From Antedon mediterranea (Eukaryota; Animalia; Echinodermata), in contig NC_092677.1 in NCBI RefSeq assembly GCF_964355755.1, positions 18,188,101 to 18,252,100 of the forward strand: a stretch of DNA of 64,000 bases, written 5' to 3'. Positions within the stretch are counted from its first letter, which is position 1. Every line of letters begins with the position of its first letter. This document shows positions 37,696 through 51,561 of this stretch, one piece after another. Below the pieces are notes generated by a model, which was not told the origin of the DNA, made no database searches, and worked only from the letters and a program-made list of their open reading frames with translations. Both the position numbers and the translations under genes were made by a program.

Positions 37696-39349
37696 AAACA
37701 AAAGTAAGAATAACAATGAATAGTTATTATTATTATTAGAAATAATTGTATTAATCTGTTGATGAAATGAAATGAATAAATAGTGGTTAACGCCACAAAA
37801 GAGAAAAAAAAAAAAAAAAAAAAGATTTCACATCGACGCTATTGTTCCATATTTCTATCTAATAAGTATTTTTTTTCTTGTCAAGATTTAAAATTACTTA
37901 AAAAAAGAAATAATTTTCTAGAAAAGACACATTTTCTTAAATTAAGTTTTGCAATATTCTTGAAAATGCTTATTACAAGAAATATTTTACTTCAAATAAG
38001 AAGTCAATATCATTCTCTTCTTATTAAGAATAGTTTTGCTTAAAACAAGATTTGAAAATACTTAATTGGAAAAGTATTTTACTTAAAATAAGAAATCAAT
38101 ATTATATTTATCCCTATCAAGAATAATTTTTCTTAAATCAAGATTGATGAATTCTAAAAATTACTTAAAACAATAAATATTTTTCTAGGTAAGACAAAGT
38201 TTCTTAAATTAGGTTTCGCAATAGTCTTGAAAATACTTGTTTTGAGAAATATTTTACTTAAAATAAGAAGTCAATTTCACACTACCCTTATCAAGATTAT
38301 TTTTACTTGAATCAAGATTCGCAATATTCTTGAAAATGCTTATTACAAGAAATATTTTACTTAAAATAAGAAGTCAATATCATTCTCTTCTTATTAAGAA
38401 TAGTTTTGCTTAAAACAAGATTTGAAAATACTTAATTTGAAAAGTATTTTACTTAAAATAAGAAATCAATATTATATTTATCCCTATCAAGAATAATTTT
38501 TCTTAAATCAAGATTGATGAATTCTAAAAATTACTTAAAACAATAAATATTTTTCTAGGTAAGACAAATTTTCTTAAATTAGGTTTTGCAATATTCTTAA
38601 AAATACTTATTTTGAGAAATGTTTTACTTAAAATAAGAAGTCAATATCATACTATTTTATCAAGACTATTTTTGCTTAAATTGAGATTCGCAATATTTAA
38701 AAAAATACTTATTTTGAGAAATGTTTTACTTAAAATAAGAAGTCAATATCATACTATCTTATCAAGACTATTTTTACTTGAATCAAGATTCGCAATATTC
38801 TTAAAAATACTTATTTTGAGAAATGTTTTACTTAAAATAAGAAGTCAATATCATACTATCTTATCAAGACTATTTTTGCTTAAATTGAGATTCGCAATAT
38901 TTAAAAAAATACTTATTTTGAGAAATTTTTTACTTAAAATAAGAAGTCAAAATCATACTCTATCCTATCAAGACTATTTTTGCTTGAATTCAGATTTGCA
39001 ATATTCTGATTTTGAGAAATGTTTTACTCAACATAAGAAGTCAATATCATACTACTATCCTATCAAGACTATTTTTGCTTGAATTCAGATTCGCAATATT
39101 CTGATTTTGAGAAATGTTTTACTCAACATAAGAAGTCAATATAATACAATCCTATCAAGACTATTTTTGCTTGAATTCAGATTCGCAATATTCTCAAAAT
39201 ACTTATTTTGAGGGATATTTTACTCAACATAAGAAGTCAATATAATATTATCTTATCAAGACTATTTTTTCTTGAATCAAGATTTGCAATATTCTTAAAA
39301 ATACTTATTTTGAGAAATGTTTTACTTAAAATAGATTGTCAATATCCTT

Positions 39350-40390
39350 ATATTCACACAACGGTAGAGCAGTTAGCACTTCAGTTTCAACTGATGAAAG
39401 AATCTGGGTAATCAAACTGCTTGTACTTTGAATAATCGATTGCACTGCAACCTAAAGAAAATAATATTGATTTAATATTTTTTATATTCAAGTGTTAATA
39501 TGTTTAAAAACTAAGTTGTGCTTTAGTTGGGGAGCTATGCAGCCTATAAGCTATAACAAAAAAATGTTATTTGTAACAATGAAATTGGTCACAAAAAAAT
39601 GCAACATAAACTTAGAGTGTATAATGCCTAGGCCTAGTACCCAAGTCCTATAGTTACTATAGCTAATAGTCCTGTATAATAACAGTACCAGCAAGGCCTA
39701 GGAAATAGACGTATTTCTCTAATAAAAAATAGTTTAAAATGCATAATTGTTGTAATTTTAAAGCAAAATAGCTTACCTGTGGAATCTTGTTTCTCTCCTT
39801 TAATTTTAGTAGAAAGAAAGCAGCATTTTTTATTCTATTATCTGCTTGTTCATCCTCTAGTTAGTAGGCCTTCTTGCTGAACATCAACAAGATCATTAAT
39901 TAATAATAATAAACAATCATTAACAGTAACAATACTAGAATTATCACTACTATTGTCAGTTGATAAATCATCGCCGTTATAATTGTTTTTTTCTGTATTA
40001 ACTTCGTCAGTCTCCTAGTCTAGGCCTAGTTCTACTTCATCCCCAATTGGCATCCTCGTTTTCTCCAGGCATACTTATACCATGGAGGTATTTATACCTC
40101 TATGCTTATACCATAGAGATAATATCTCTATGCTTATACTGATGTTTCCATCGTCAACTGCGCAGGAGGTTGCCGATTGTTATACTCGTCCTTAAAATAG
40201 CGTCTTATGACATGCTTGTAAAACGAATTGTAAATTCCAAAGCTTGCCGGGCAACCACCAATTCCACATGTTACTCGAAAATTCGGAGTATTTCCATGAA
40301 TTGAATTATAATGCCTTAGCAAATAGAGTAGGCCTAGGCCTAGGCCCTAGGCACTTTAAACGTAAAATTCAGCGTACAACAAGACCACAT
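39350..40390 (-). pseudogene. 5' part of an EnSpm-type transposase (C2H2 zinc finger + acidic linker), spliced and truncated
   Basis: MWSCC...LLRHYNSIHGNTPNFRVTCGIGGCPASFGIYNSFYKHVIRR; KNAAFFLLKLKERNKIPQ|gtaag...ctttag|VAVQSIIQSTSSLITQIL. Confidence 0.65.
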
Positions 40391-40907
40391 TTTCTTCAAT
40401 AAAGGCTAAGAAACCAGGCTTAGGCCTAGCCTAGCCTAGACCTGTTGTGATTGTATATTGAATGGAAATTACAGATTGAGAAATGTGTCATCATGATGGA
40501 TGGGGAAAATGCCTCCATTATTCATAAATCAACAATCACAATACTGTACCTACTTCGGTTTACTGGCACCAACTTGTCGCTTTTTTTCGGACTGCCACAA
40601 ACATGTGTCATTATTATTGTCTGTCGTATTACTGTTTTGTCATTATTTTAATTAAAGCCCTCATGTTTATATACACATATTCCAATGAGAAATATAATGA
40701 CATTTAAAACACTTCTTTATATTTAATTAATTGTACACACTAAGTGATCACATCGATATTGAAACTTAATGTTTTTAACTCTAAATTTAAAAAAAACATA
40801 CTAAAAAAACAAACAAAAAACATACTTACTGCATAACTAAAATTGTTATATTAAATTTCTTTTTAAAAAAACTGTGTTATTTACAATATCATAAATTATT
40901 TTTTAGG

Positions 40908-42390
40908 TAATTGAAGAAGTTCGAAGGATACTAGGCAAAGAGGAATGAAAAACAAAAGAAAGCTTTTTAAAAAAGTGCTTAGCAAATTTTTCCAAAGAAG
41001 TGAATGATATAGTTTATTTTGGTATTTTAAAGAGAAACACCAGTCCTCCATCTGGTAAGTACAGTGTATGTTTTTATACTTTTATCTATTCATAAATAGT
41101 TTTATAATGGACCAATGGTAGTGAGGAAAATACGTGTACATATTGTGTACGTATTTTTAACAGCTTGGTTCGACTCAAGCTAGTGTCATGCACTCCTCCC
41201 TTTGACAACTAAAATTAAATAAATGACTTATGAATATTAATTTTTGACAGATTAATGCTCTCCTGGCCAGCCCACCCTTTCCCCTTCCTTTTACCTTGAC
41301 TACCTACAAAACTGTAGGCTACATTAAAAATTTGAGCTAAAGTATATCAAGTTTATGTCCATACATTATTCCACTCATTTAAATAAATTTATATAATATA
41401 ATGTTTTCAATTTGTTATTTTTGGTTAGGTTCAAAGATAACCCATATGTTGTCAAATCTGTCAAACATATTTGTTGGGAAAAACTCATCAAAAAAAGTCT
41501 GCCGACCTTGAAGGTATTTAGTGTTTTTAAAAATTTAAAATACAAGTAATATTATGTACATTTTAAAAAAGTATCTTAAAGTGTTTTTTTTAAATCAAAT
41601 TTTTCTTAGCTTAAAATTCGAGGTATATACTATGTTTACAATAATGTATTAAAATCAAACAATTAAACAAAATTTACATTTAATTGTATGATTGTTATTA
41701 TAAACATTGATACGGAATAAAAGCATCAATCAGGATTGAGCACCGTTTTGCGTATTGTCTTCCTAAATAGTAATATTAAAAATAAATTTAGACCCTAATA
41801 ATTTAACTAAGAATAATAGGTACAGCCAGGCCTGTCTTTGGGATCGGTATAAACAGGGCAAAGTTTGTGATTAAAAAGTTCAAATGCATATTCCACCCAC
41901 CCTTATGTCTTATAATGTAAAATTATTCTTACCACCGTTCTAATATTGCGTCATGTTTTTGTGTTTACCGCCCCAGATATAGGACTCTAAAACCACACCG
42001 TACCCAATTAGTTGATGATGTTACACATACTTTAAATACAGTAATAGTTTTATAAATACTAAAACTATATTAATCTCTTTTCATGATTAGGAACATGAAT
42101 CTTGGTCTTCACGCCGATCAGGTAATATGCCGGTATTGCTTTTGGACACAGAAATGGCCTACATTAAAGTTGAGCAAACAATTCTAACTACAAAGAAAGC
42201 AAAATTAGATGAGGCTCTAGTTACTCTCCTCTCCACTTTTTACCTTCTGGATTTCGATTATCCAAAATGAAAAGAAGTAGGCCTCACTATCCTTTAACAG
42301 TTAGTGATTTGTGATGAAGACACACCTGTATACTTGACAAAAGCTGTTGAATCATCATTAGTATACATTAATAAATTTAAAGACACCTAA
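40908..42390 (+). pseudogene. EnSpm accessory-protein relic (several exons)
   Basis: AG/GT-bounded segments at ~40908-41055, ~41429-41513 and 42091-42390; the last reads ..DEALVTLLSTFYLLDFDYPK*..L*Q, resembling the A..L...FY....YP motif of animal EnSpm accessory ORFs. Confidence 0.5.
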
Positions 42391-44853
42391 TAGTTTAAAG
42401 CCCAGGTGCGGGAGAAGAATTTTACGAAATTTGTATTTTACCATTTTAATGTTTTTAAGTTTTCTTTTGATGGCATTTTATTATTAATAAAAACAAGTTT
42501 GTTTTAAAGAAGTTGTATATATTATTGTACCTAATGTCATGTAAATTGTAGTTCTTAATGAAAATAACAGTATTGTTAATATTATTTTTTATAACATTCT
42601 TGAATTTATTTGTTTAAGTAAAATATTATTTAAAATGAGTATTCATTTATCGTTCTTAAAATACATTTTTAATGATTTATATTTTATAGAATTCTTGTTT
42701 CAAGCAATTTTTTTCCCAATATAAGTAAGAATTTACGAATTTTAATTTGATAGAATTCTTGTTGCAAGCAATACTTTTCTTAAAATAAGTAAACATTTAC
42801 TGGTTTTTATTTGATAGACTTCTTGTTTACTTATTTTTAAAAAAGTTTTGCTTGAAACAAGAATTCTACAAATAAAAATCGGAATATTCTTACTTATTTT
42901 AAGAAATATATTGCTTGAAACAAGAATACTAAAAATATAAATCGGAATATTCTTACTTATTTTAAGAAAAATAGTGCTTTAAACAAGAATTCTACAAATA
43001 AAAATCGGAATATTCTTACTTAATTTAAGAAATATATTGCTTGAAACAAGAATTCAAACAATACAAATCGGAATATTCTTACTTATTTTAAGAAAAATAT
43101 TGCTTGAAACAAGAATTCCAAAAATACAAATTGGAATATTCTTACTTATTTTAAGAAAAATATTGCTTGAAACAAGAATTCAAAAAATACAAATCGGAAT
43201 ATTCTTACTTATTTTAAGAAATATATTGCTTGAAACAAGAATACTAAAAATAAAAATCGGAATATTCTTACTTATTTTAAGAAAAATATTGCTTAAAACA
43301 AGAATTCTAAAAAATACAAACCGGAATATTCTTACTTATTTTAAGAAAAATATTGCTTGAAACAAGAATTCTACAAATAAAAATCGGAATTTTCTTACTT
43401 ATTTTAAGAAATATTTTGCTTGAAACAAGAATTCAAAAAATACAAATCGGAATATTCTTACTTATTTAAAGAAAAATATTGCTTGAAACATGAATTCTAT
43501 TAAAAAAAATCGATAAATTGTTACTTATTTTAAGGCAGATACTGCTTAAAACAAGAATGAAAAAAACAATTAAATTCTTGGTAAGAATATTGTTCTTAAA
43601 GTATTATTTCTTGGTAAGATTAATTTTCTTGATAAGAATTTGTGTGATTCTTGTTAAGAATTTTACGATTCTTGGTAAGCAAAAAAGTATTGAAATACGG
43701 AGGAGTCAAAATTTACTTGTTTCAAGAAATATTTTGCTTGAAACAAGTTTTTTTTTCTTAAAACAAGAATCAGAATTTTGCTGTGTAAATTTTAACTCTA
43801 CGCGCGGTAGAAGTAATTTCCGGGTTCACGGTAAGGTGTTGGTTTTAACCAGGGAGTTGTAAAACAACTACCTGTTTCAACTAAGTTGGACGTTGGTGCT
43901 TGGTGGCGATAGCCATTTTGTTTTTTTGTTTATTTTCGGACCGCGCGTGTGAAGGTATAGTAGTACATAAAGGTCAAATTAAATACATTCATGAAACATA
44001 GGAGTAAATTGTGGGAAATAATTATATAAAATTAGATTACATCGAGAGAATTGATGCCCTGATAGCCGAGTTGTTGAGTAAGCTGCCAGGACTTTATGTA
44101 TACTGTGCGCTATCTGTGTCCCGTCAGGACTTCTGCCCATGTTGCAAGCCGTCTAAAACGCCTTCCTTCTTAGGCCACTGTGTCGCGGAATAATGTATTA
44201 ATTATACCAATTAGGATTGTATTTATTTGAATAAACGCCAAGAACACCTCCCCAATAAAACATCAATTAAAATAATTATCTCGCTACTCAACCTCCCCCC
44301 CCCCCCCCCACCCAACACCCCAAATACATCTAATAAACGCCCATCCACATTTATACACACAATATTGTATTATATTTATAACACAATTATACTATTTTTA
44401 GTAGATTTCGTCGGTATGTTATCTAAAATTTACCAAGCATTTGTTATTCTTTTTTTACCACTTTTCATATCTACAATAAAAACTATACGCCTAAAACGCT
44501 ATTAATCATCTAAGACACTTAGGTTAGTGAGTACGTTTAGTTTTACGAATATCAAAAGCATTTAAATAATGGTAACCGACCGAAATTGTCCTGGCCAGAA
44601 TGTCCTTTTAAACTGTTTATGTCCCCGAGTCATTATCATTCCGAGAACCATCGCTCACCCTCTAGTAGTCATAAAGTGTTTTACCGTAGTGTGTTTTATT
44701 TATGCTATTCCAAATTATTTTCTTTATTGGTTCTTTTACATTATGGTTGTAATATTCATTGTTTTTAAACCAATCAACAATCAATTGTGTGTAAAAGGTG
44801 GAGAGAAAGTTGATTTTTAAGACAGTATTCATATGCTTTATTGAAGAGTTGCA

Positions 44854-45700
44854 TCTATATATAAAATATGGTTAATTCGGGCATAGGCGAGCACAATGGA
44901 AAATCTCCGCTTTGGTTACCTACCTTATCTATCTCAGATGTACCGCGAAACGTAGATTTGATAAAATTAGTTTCCACTATTACGATATTGTTCCATAATT
45001 CTTTCTTAGGAAGATATTATAAAGGGTTTTGAGACAAACTTTCTGATTTCATCGGTATATTTTCTACTCAGTGCGCGTTTAGAAAAAATTAACGGGTTTA
45101 CAGCGAATCCACGGGTGTACCTTGCAACTTGTTGACCGTTGAATTATACAAAATATATTACTAAAAACCGTAATTTTTTTTAAAGTTCATACAATTGCCT
45201 AGCCATTTTAGTTTTTCATTTCTTTTCGGACCGCCCGTGTGAAGGTGCATTAAAAATACTGCAAATTAATAAAGATTAAATTAAATATACGCCATAAAGC
45301 ATCCGAGTATATATTGTGGGGAATATTATATAAAATTACATAGGAAGAACTGATGATAAGACCTTTTGTTTGAAATCAAGTGAAACCCCGATAGCCGAGT
45401 TATTGAGTAAGCTGGCAGGAATAACTCTGGGCTATCTGTGTATGTCCCGTTAGACTGTATCCTGAGATACTTCTGCCCATGTTGCAACGTGTCTTTCCAG
45501 GCTCTAATTGACATTTCTATTTGTTGCATTTTATTTTCCCAGTTAACTTTTATTTTCTTAATGGGGAGGCTCGGATTGAATACCAGACCCAGGATTTTAA
45601 TATAATTCTCGGGGTACAATTTCCACTTTATTAGGTCTGTTTCCTCGTTGCTCTGTGCAAGTGAGCCTATCCAAAGCCCGTCACTTTGTATCACATGTCT
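44854..45700. mobile_element. Helitron-like mosaic containing a minus-strand L1/Tx1 RT fragment
   Basis: A|TCTATATATAAA at 44854; 45200-45490 repeats ~43910-44160; minus ORF 45326-45694 has IKILGLVF...NWENKMQQIEMSIRAWK. Confidence 0.5.
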
Positions 45701-46200
45701 GTATCATTAGGTTAAGAATTAGGTTATGATATACAGTACGATAGTAGGTAGTTTTGCATTTATGGTAGAGTACATTAATTATGTGGGTGTTCACTATCTA
45801 AGAGCCTTTAAACTCACCCACTGTGTAGCCAACACATTTATTTATTTATTTAAATCCCTAAATTTACAATCGCCTATCATGTAATTTTACTCGACGTTAT
45901 TCAATTGTTGTTTGACCTTCATCGCGGAGGCGAAATACATTTGTCAATTTGGTTCAAAAAATTACACAAGAAACTCAAATCGCGAAAACAAATTAAAGGT
46001 CACGAAATAGTTAAAAATGTAAAATCGCGACAATTTAGGCCCCCGAAAATGTTGGGCTTTACAATAATTATATGGAAGACAAATAATGTTGCTCTATTGC
46101 CGAATTGTCCTATGTTACTTGAGAAATCGAGATACAATACCGAAAATCTGGTGTGTCAGACCAGAATACCAGTCGGCTTGAAATGGAGGTCTGTTGAACC

Positions 46201-46420
46201 TACAATGTGAAAACGCCCACAAATGTGAAAACGACCACAAATGTGAAAACGACCACAAATGTAAAAACGCATCACCCACAAATCTGAAAACAACCACAAA
46301 TGTGAAAACGCATCACCCACAAATCTGAAAACAATCACAAATGTGAAAACGCATCACCCACAAATGTAATAAACAGCGCCCACAAATCTGAAAATGACCA
46401 TCGCCCACAAATGTGATAAC
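46201..46420. repeat. Tandem array of 18-23-bp CCACAAATGTGAAAAC units (MITE subterminal-type)
   Basis: About 10 imperfect copies visible. Confidence 0.85.
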
Positions 46421-46799
46421 GCCAAGAAATGTAAAAAAAGAGAGAATTTTTCGACCACAAATATAAAGTCAATTTGATTTTTTTTGCGCGCGACATTTTG
46501 TTTACAGGAATGGGGTTTGTGGGTCACCCGCGACATTTAGGAGTAACTCCGCTACACCGGAATATGCAAAGTCTAAAATTATACTTTTGTTCTATACATC
46601 AGTAAACCATGGACTGTTCTGAAATAAAAGTAGATTGTTTGATTCAATTAATTGATAAGCTAATTTTTTATTATTTCTTAAATTATAAAATATATATGGT
46701 AACTTTATTCCAAAAAATGTAACAAAACCACGCACTGTGGATTTACAAAATCTGATACGTTCTTATATGCATGCATCCTACAACAACAAAAAATATAAA

Positions 46800-48870
46800 G
46801 TAATGTAAAAATAAAGATTCAAAATAACAAAAGCCACTTATTTCTGTTGCTGGCAATCTCACGCAAATTAATTAGGTCGTTAAAATTATTTATCTTAAAA
46901 TTTCTGATAAATAAATCATTTCTAAGTGTACTTAACAGATTGGTTTGATGTTTTCCAATTCGCCCTTTTATTGGATTAGAGTGTACTATACCAAACACCA
47001 ATGCTGAAAAAGCAGGAGTATCTTCACTCATTCTAAGTATATGGCCAAGCATAGACCACCTAAGTTTATTTACATTCTCAGATAAAGGTTTAGTATTTGT
47101 TACCAAATATAACTTATTATTGCTAAATCTTTTTCGGATATTTCACATTAATAATAGTTCTTAAGTGGGACCTATGACAGGTATCAATTTTTTTTCATAA
47201 CAACTTTGGGAGCAGACCAGCTATTGCAATTATAAAATTAAATAGATACAATTTAATACATTATATAACTTGAGTTTCAAATCAGTTGCAATATTTTTCT
47301 TAAGCCACACATTATTAAAGTTGTTAAATGCTACCTTTGCTAATATAATTCTATGCTTAATATCCTTAGTAGTATCTAAAAATGAACATAAGACCTTATG
47401 AGACCTCCATACTTCCAATAGGGTTGGTGAAATTCAGTCCAAAATACGCAGAATTTTTTCCAAAATACGTCAAGTTGAGGGCGCTATACTAATCCAAAAT
47501 ACGCGAGTATTTCCAAAATACGTCGACTTGAGGGCGCTATTCATTTTCCAAAATACGCGAATTGTCCAAAATACGTCAAGTTGAGGGCGCTAGTCATTTT
47601 CCAAAATACGCGATTTGTCCAAAATACGTCATTTTGGAACCGCTTGTAATTTTACAAAATACGTCAACTTGAGAGCGCTATTCATTTTCCAAAATACGCA
47701 ATTTAAATAACTCCTTTACTTCTTCTAACCAATTAATTATTGATATTATTTTAATCACAATACCATATGCTTTTTATTATTATATATTATATGAAATAAT
47801 TATTATGTTAGATTTCAGATTAGGTAACTTATTAGACCATAAGTACTGTACATTAAATTGAAAGCGATGTTTGTCTGTCGAGCTCGGGAAAAATATCGAT
47901 TTTGTAGATCACCAAATATATAACACATACCTCTGACTATACTTAAATACTATATACGTACATGCTGGTTTTGTAGCCGGTTTATGTCGCATTTAAACTA
48001 GCTACGTCTGGCAATGCAATCGTCCATCGTTCAGACATTATTAATGTATATTATAGGCACTGTCTATTGACTGATGTTGGCACATATTTGTTTTTATTCA
48101 GTAATAAATGATTACATTGAAAAATAATAATTGGCTACTCTATGAAATTTTATTTACAAAAAATGCTGCCTTCTAATACTTCCATTTATAACTAAAATGT
48201 ACTTTTATTCCAAGAAACTTTTTTTTAATACATTAAACTGTAATTTTACCTTACACTCTCAATATGATACATTTGGAAAGGCTCTCGTATTTTGGAAAAA
48301 AGTTTGCCGCCCTCAAGTTGACGTATTTTGGAAAATTACTAGCGGTCACAAATTGCAAATTGATGTATTTTGGACAAATCGCGTATTTTGGAAATAAATA
48401 GCGCCCTCAATTTGACGTATTTTGGACAATTCATGTATTTGGGATAATTTATAGCGCCCTCAACTTGACGTATTTTGGACAATTCGCGTATTTTGGAAAA
48501 TGAATAGCGCCCTCAAGTCGACGTATTTTGGAAAGACTCGCGTATTTAGGATTAGTATAGCACCCTCAACTTGACGTATTTTGGAAAAAATTCTGCGTAT
48601 TTTGGACTGATGTTCACCAACCCGACTCCATACTTCAGATTTTGGGTCCTTACTATCAATAAACACATGGTTAAACTCAATCTTGCTTTCATTAATAAAT
48701 AAATTCCAATCTTTAAAAATTTTAACAGCAATTGGCAAGACATTATCAAGTTCGTATTTGAGTTCAGAAAGAAAGTCAATATCGTCAGCATAGGAGAATT
48801 CAAGCGGGAAACGTTTAATGTCAATTGGTGGATACAAAGCTCCAGCAAATGCAAAAAAGTCCTGATAAAC
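46800..48870 (-). mobile_element. Degenerate RTE-like LINE RT/3' fragment split by a foldback element
   Basis: FSYADDIDFL..LFINESK..SEVW|RSHKVL..RIILAKVAFNNFNNVW..LKLKLYN; LRWSMLGHILRMSEDTPA. Confidence 0.78.
47416..48625. mobile_element. Foldback-type DNA element with ~280-bp inverted arms of CCAAAATACG repeats
   Basis: GGGTTGGTGAA.. at 47421 and ..TTCACCAACCC at 48613-48623; CTCCATACTTC duplicated at 47405-47415 and 48626-48636. Confidence 0.85.
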
Positions 48871-49974
48871 AATCGCCTTGAAACGAACCTAATACATATT
48901 CAAACGAACTGGAAAGTTTACCACCAACTTTTACCACGTACATTAAAGGTGGCAAGAGATAACATAATTACATTCACTAAGTATACTAGCCTTATGTACA
49001 TATCTAGGAATATTTAAGGAACAATACTGACTATAAAATACCACACAAAAGACAAAACAGTGCGTCAAAACTAAAATCAGATTCATCATGTAGTTAAAAA
49101 ACAACGTACTGTATATTCAAATGAAGCACAATTCGTGTATTCGTGTATTGTTTATACAGCTGTTCAGTTTGATCAAAAAAAATTCGCTCGTGGTTCAGAG
49201 GTCATGACTTTCGGGATGCATCTAATCACGTGGCAGTGACAGTCATACTCATAGACCAGCAAGGCGGTCTTTTCCGGTGCCTGTTTTATAACTCCGATAG
49301 TGGCGCGCAGGCTAGGTTCCGTGTAACACTTCGCCGTAAAATTACAGAAAAATATACAAAAAACTTCAAAAAACGATAAACAAATAGCAACTTCTGATAA
49401 TCATAAGCAGCATGCACATAAGTTAAACTGTCTAGCAGTGGATTAAACACGTCGTTTTGACGGTAAAATATGCTCCACTGCTATGCGTGGTCGTTACACC
49501 ATCGCGCCAATTATAAATAATTATTATTATATTATAAATATTTATTTATTATAATAATATCAATTAAAACACATCATTTAATGACGAAAAAACAATAATT
49601 AAAATTATTAAATAAATTTATCTGGTTCCGAATATAATTAACTGGAAAATTATTACTTTTATTTTATTCAAAAAAATACATACTAAAAGGTATTTACACC
49701 AATTGTGTATATATTTTTTTGGTTCAACATAAAAGTAATAATTTTCCAGTTAATAATGAAGCTGTGCGTCAAAAAAGTCGAGCGGCGTTATGAGATATCT
49801 CTATTTAAAACTAATATATCTCTATTGAAAACTAAGATATCTTGTTAATGATTAAATGACAGTTTGGCCCACCATATATACGCGAACAAAAAACACCGAA
49901 TCGAACATCGAATTGGAACTATAACGTACATAACAGTAATCTCGGACACAGATATATTGTACAAGAATAAACCG

Positions 49975-51070
49975 ATACTAGAACCATACCTTCTTTACAA
50001 AAATGACTAAAAGAAGTTGTTTGAAATTTAAGGCGAGATCTAACTCTCTAAACCTTGAAGGTAGGAAACAGTCATGGTCACCCACGAATACGGGTATGTG
50101 TGTACTCTGCCATAATGACACTGAAACTATCGCACACTTTATGTTAGAATGTAATACATTTAGTAAATTAAGAGAAGACATCTTCTACCCAATGAAATTA
50201 CAATTAATGAATAACGGGTTTGAACATTATTGGAAATCTTTCTACGAAGTAACCTCTAAAATGAAATTACATTTGTTATTAGACAATTTATATAATGAAA
50301 ACGTTGTTCTTGGGGAAATCTTCGACTTGGCTTGTAAAAAATACCTACAAAGTGCCTGGGATACCAGGTTAGATATATATAAGAAATTACCAACATTACC
50401 CCAATAATTAGCCTGTTTGGCTTTTATATTGATAGACTAGTTAGTTGTATCAATAACTAATTAAGCAAATAAAATCATTTATTTGCTTATCTAACTTCAA
50501 ATACATATAAACATATATTTGTGTTTATCTCGATTTATGTAAAAATAATCATGATTATGTATTATTTATACTGTTGACCTAATGTATCTTCATACTGTTA
50601 TTCAATTGTTTTTTAGTTTTATTTTCTATGTATTTTTTGTTTCTGTCAGACATTTTTGCTTATTTGGTTTATACATTGATAGATCAGTTAGATATACCAA
50701 TAACTAATCATTAAACAAATAAAATTATGTATTCTTTTTGGTTTTTTTATTTTAGTTCAGTTTTTTTATTTACTATGTATAAGTATTTTATTTTTTTCTG
50801 TCAGACATTTTGTAAGTAGGCCCTAATGTGTATTTACTACTGACCTATTGCATCGATATATTGATTTGCTCGTTATACAATTATTGTTCTTAAGTATCTA
50901 TTCAAGTGTGCAATTACTACTGTACATTTGTTTCTTTTTTTTTTTTTTTTTTTTCAATTTAAGTTAATTATGTAGGTTTTATCATCATTGTTGTTTATAT
51001 TTGTATGGACGCACCACCGAAAGGTGTGTGCCACTAATTCTAAAGTGAGTACCAATAAATACTGAACTAC
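49975..51070 (+). mobile_element. LINE 3' fragment (C-terminal CCHC of ORF2 + 3' UTR with terminal stem-loop)
   Basis: ORF 50003-50407 KFKARSNSLNL..CVLC..ETIAHFMLEC; GCACCACC-GAAA-GGTGTGTGC hairpin and AATAAA near 51010-51060. Confidence 0.65.
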
Positions 51071-51262
51071 AGTAGCCAACGAGTTAACAACCACACACTA
51101 CAAGTAGCAATAGTAAATGACCTTGACCTTGTAGTATCATGCGCAAAAAACATCGAATCGAACACCGACTTGGAACTATACGTACATAACAGTAAGCCAA
51201 TGAATTAATAACCAAACACAAGCAGCAATGGTATATATGATGCACGAGCAGCAAATGGTAAT

Positions 51263-51360
51263 AACAGACGTATAGTGAACAGACGTATCGTGAACAGACG
51301 TATTGTGAACAGACGTATCGTGAACAGACGTATCGTGAACAGACGTATCGTGAACACACG
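51263..51360. repeat. 15-bp tandem repeat (GTGAACAGACGTATC) x ~6.5
   Basis: Directly visible. Confidence 0.92.
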
Positions 51361-51561
51361 AGTATTACTTATACCTTCTAGAGGAATGTTTTCCATAGAT
51401 ATAACCCTTGTACTGAATGGATTCCTAATTTTATATTTTCAACACAATGTGTCGTTACCATAATAGTAGTGTTGCATGAAAGAGTGACATGATTTCTTAA
51501 CTAATTGTTATCACAAAGTTCAAAATTGTCTGCTATACGGGATCTTCTGAATACAATTTTA

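Larger units (their letters stand above)
37865..43785. mobile_element. EnSpm/CACTA deletion derivative with long subterminal arrays
   Basis: Right end ...TTTTGCTGTG|TA (CACAG terminus); left array (~102-bp unit, 37870-39340) and right array (~63-bp unit, 42690-43770) share inverted core motifs; relic transposase and accessory genes inside. Left terminus not found. Confidence 0.78.

Noticed and set aside
38612-43862. Repetitive-protein ORFs (38612, 39208, 43037, 43518)
   Set aside because: They are translations of 102-bp and 63-bp subterminal arrays whose periods are multiples of 3.
45340-45385. Second hammerhead-like motif CTGATGA...GAAA
   Set aside because: Stem II is weak and there is no convincing stem I or III.
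46115-51463. ORFs 46115, 46156, 51084, 51205 and 51275 with periodic peptides
   Set aside because: Translations of 15-23-bp tandem repeats.
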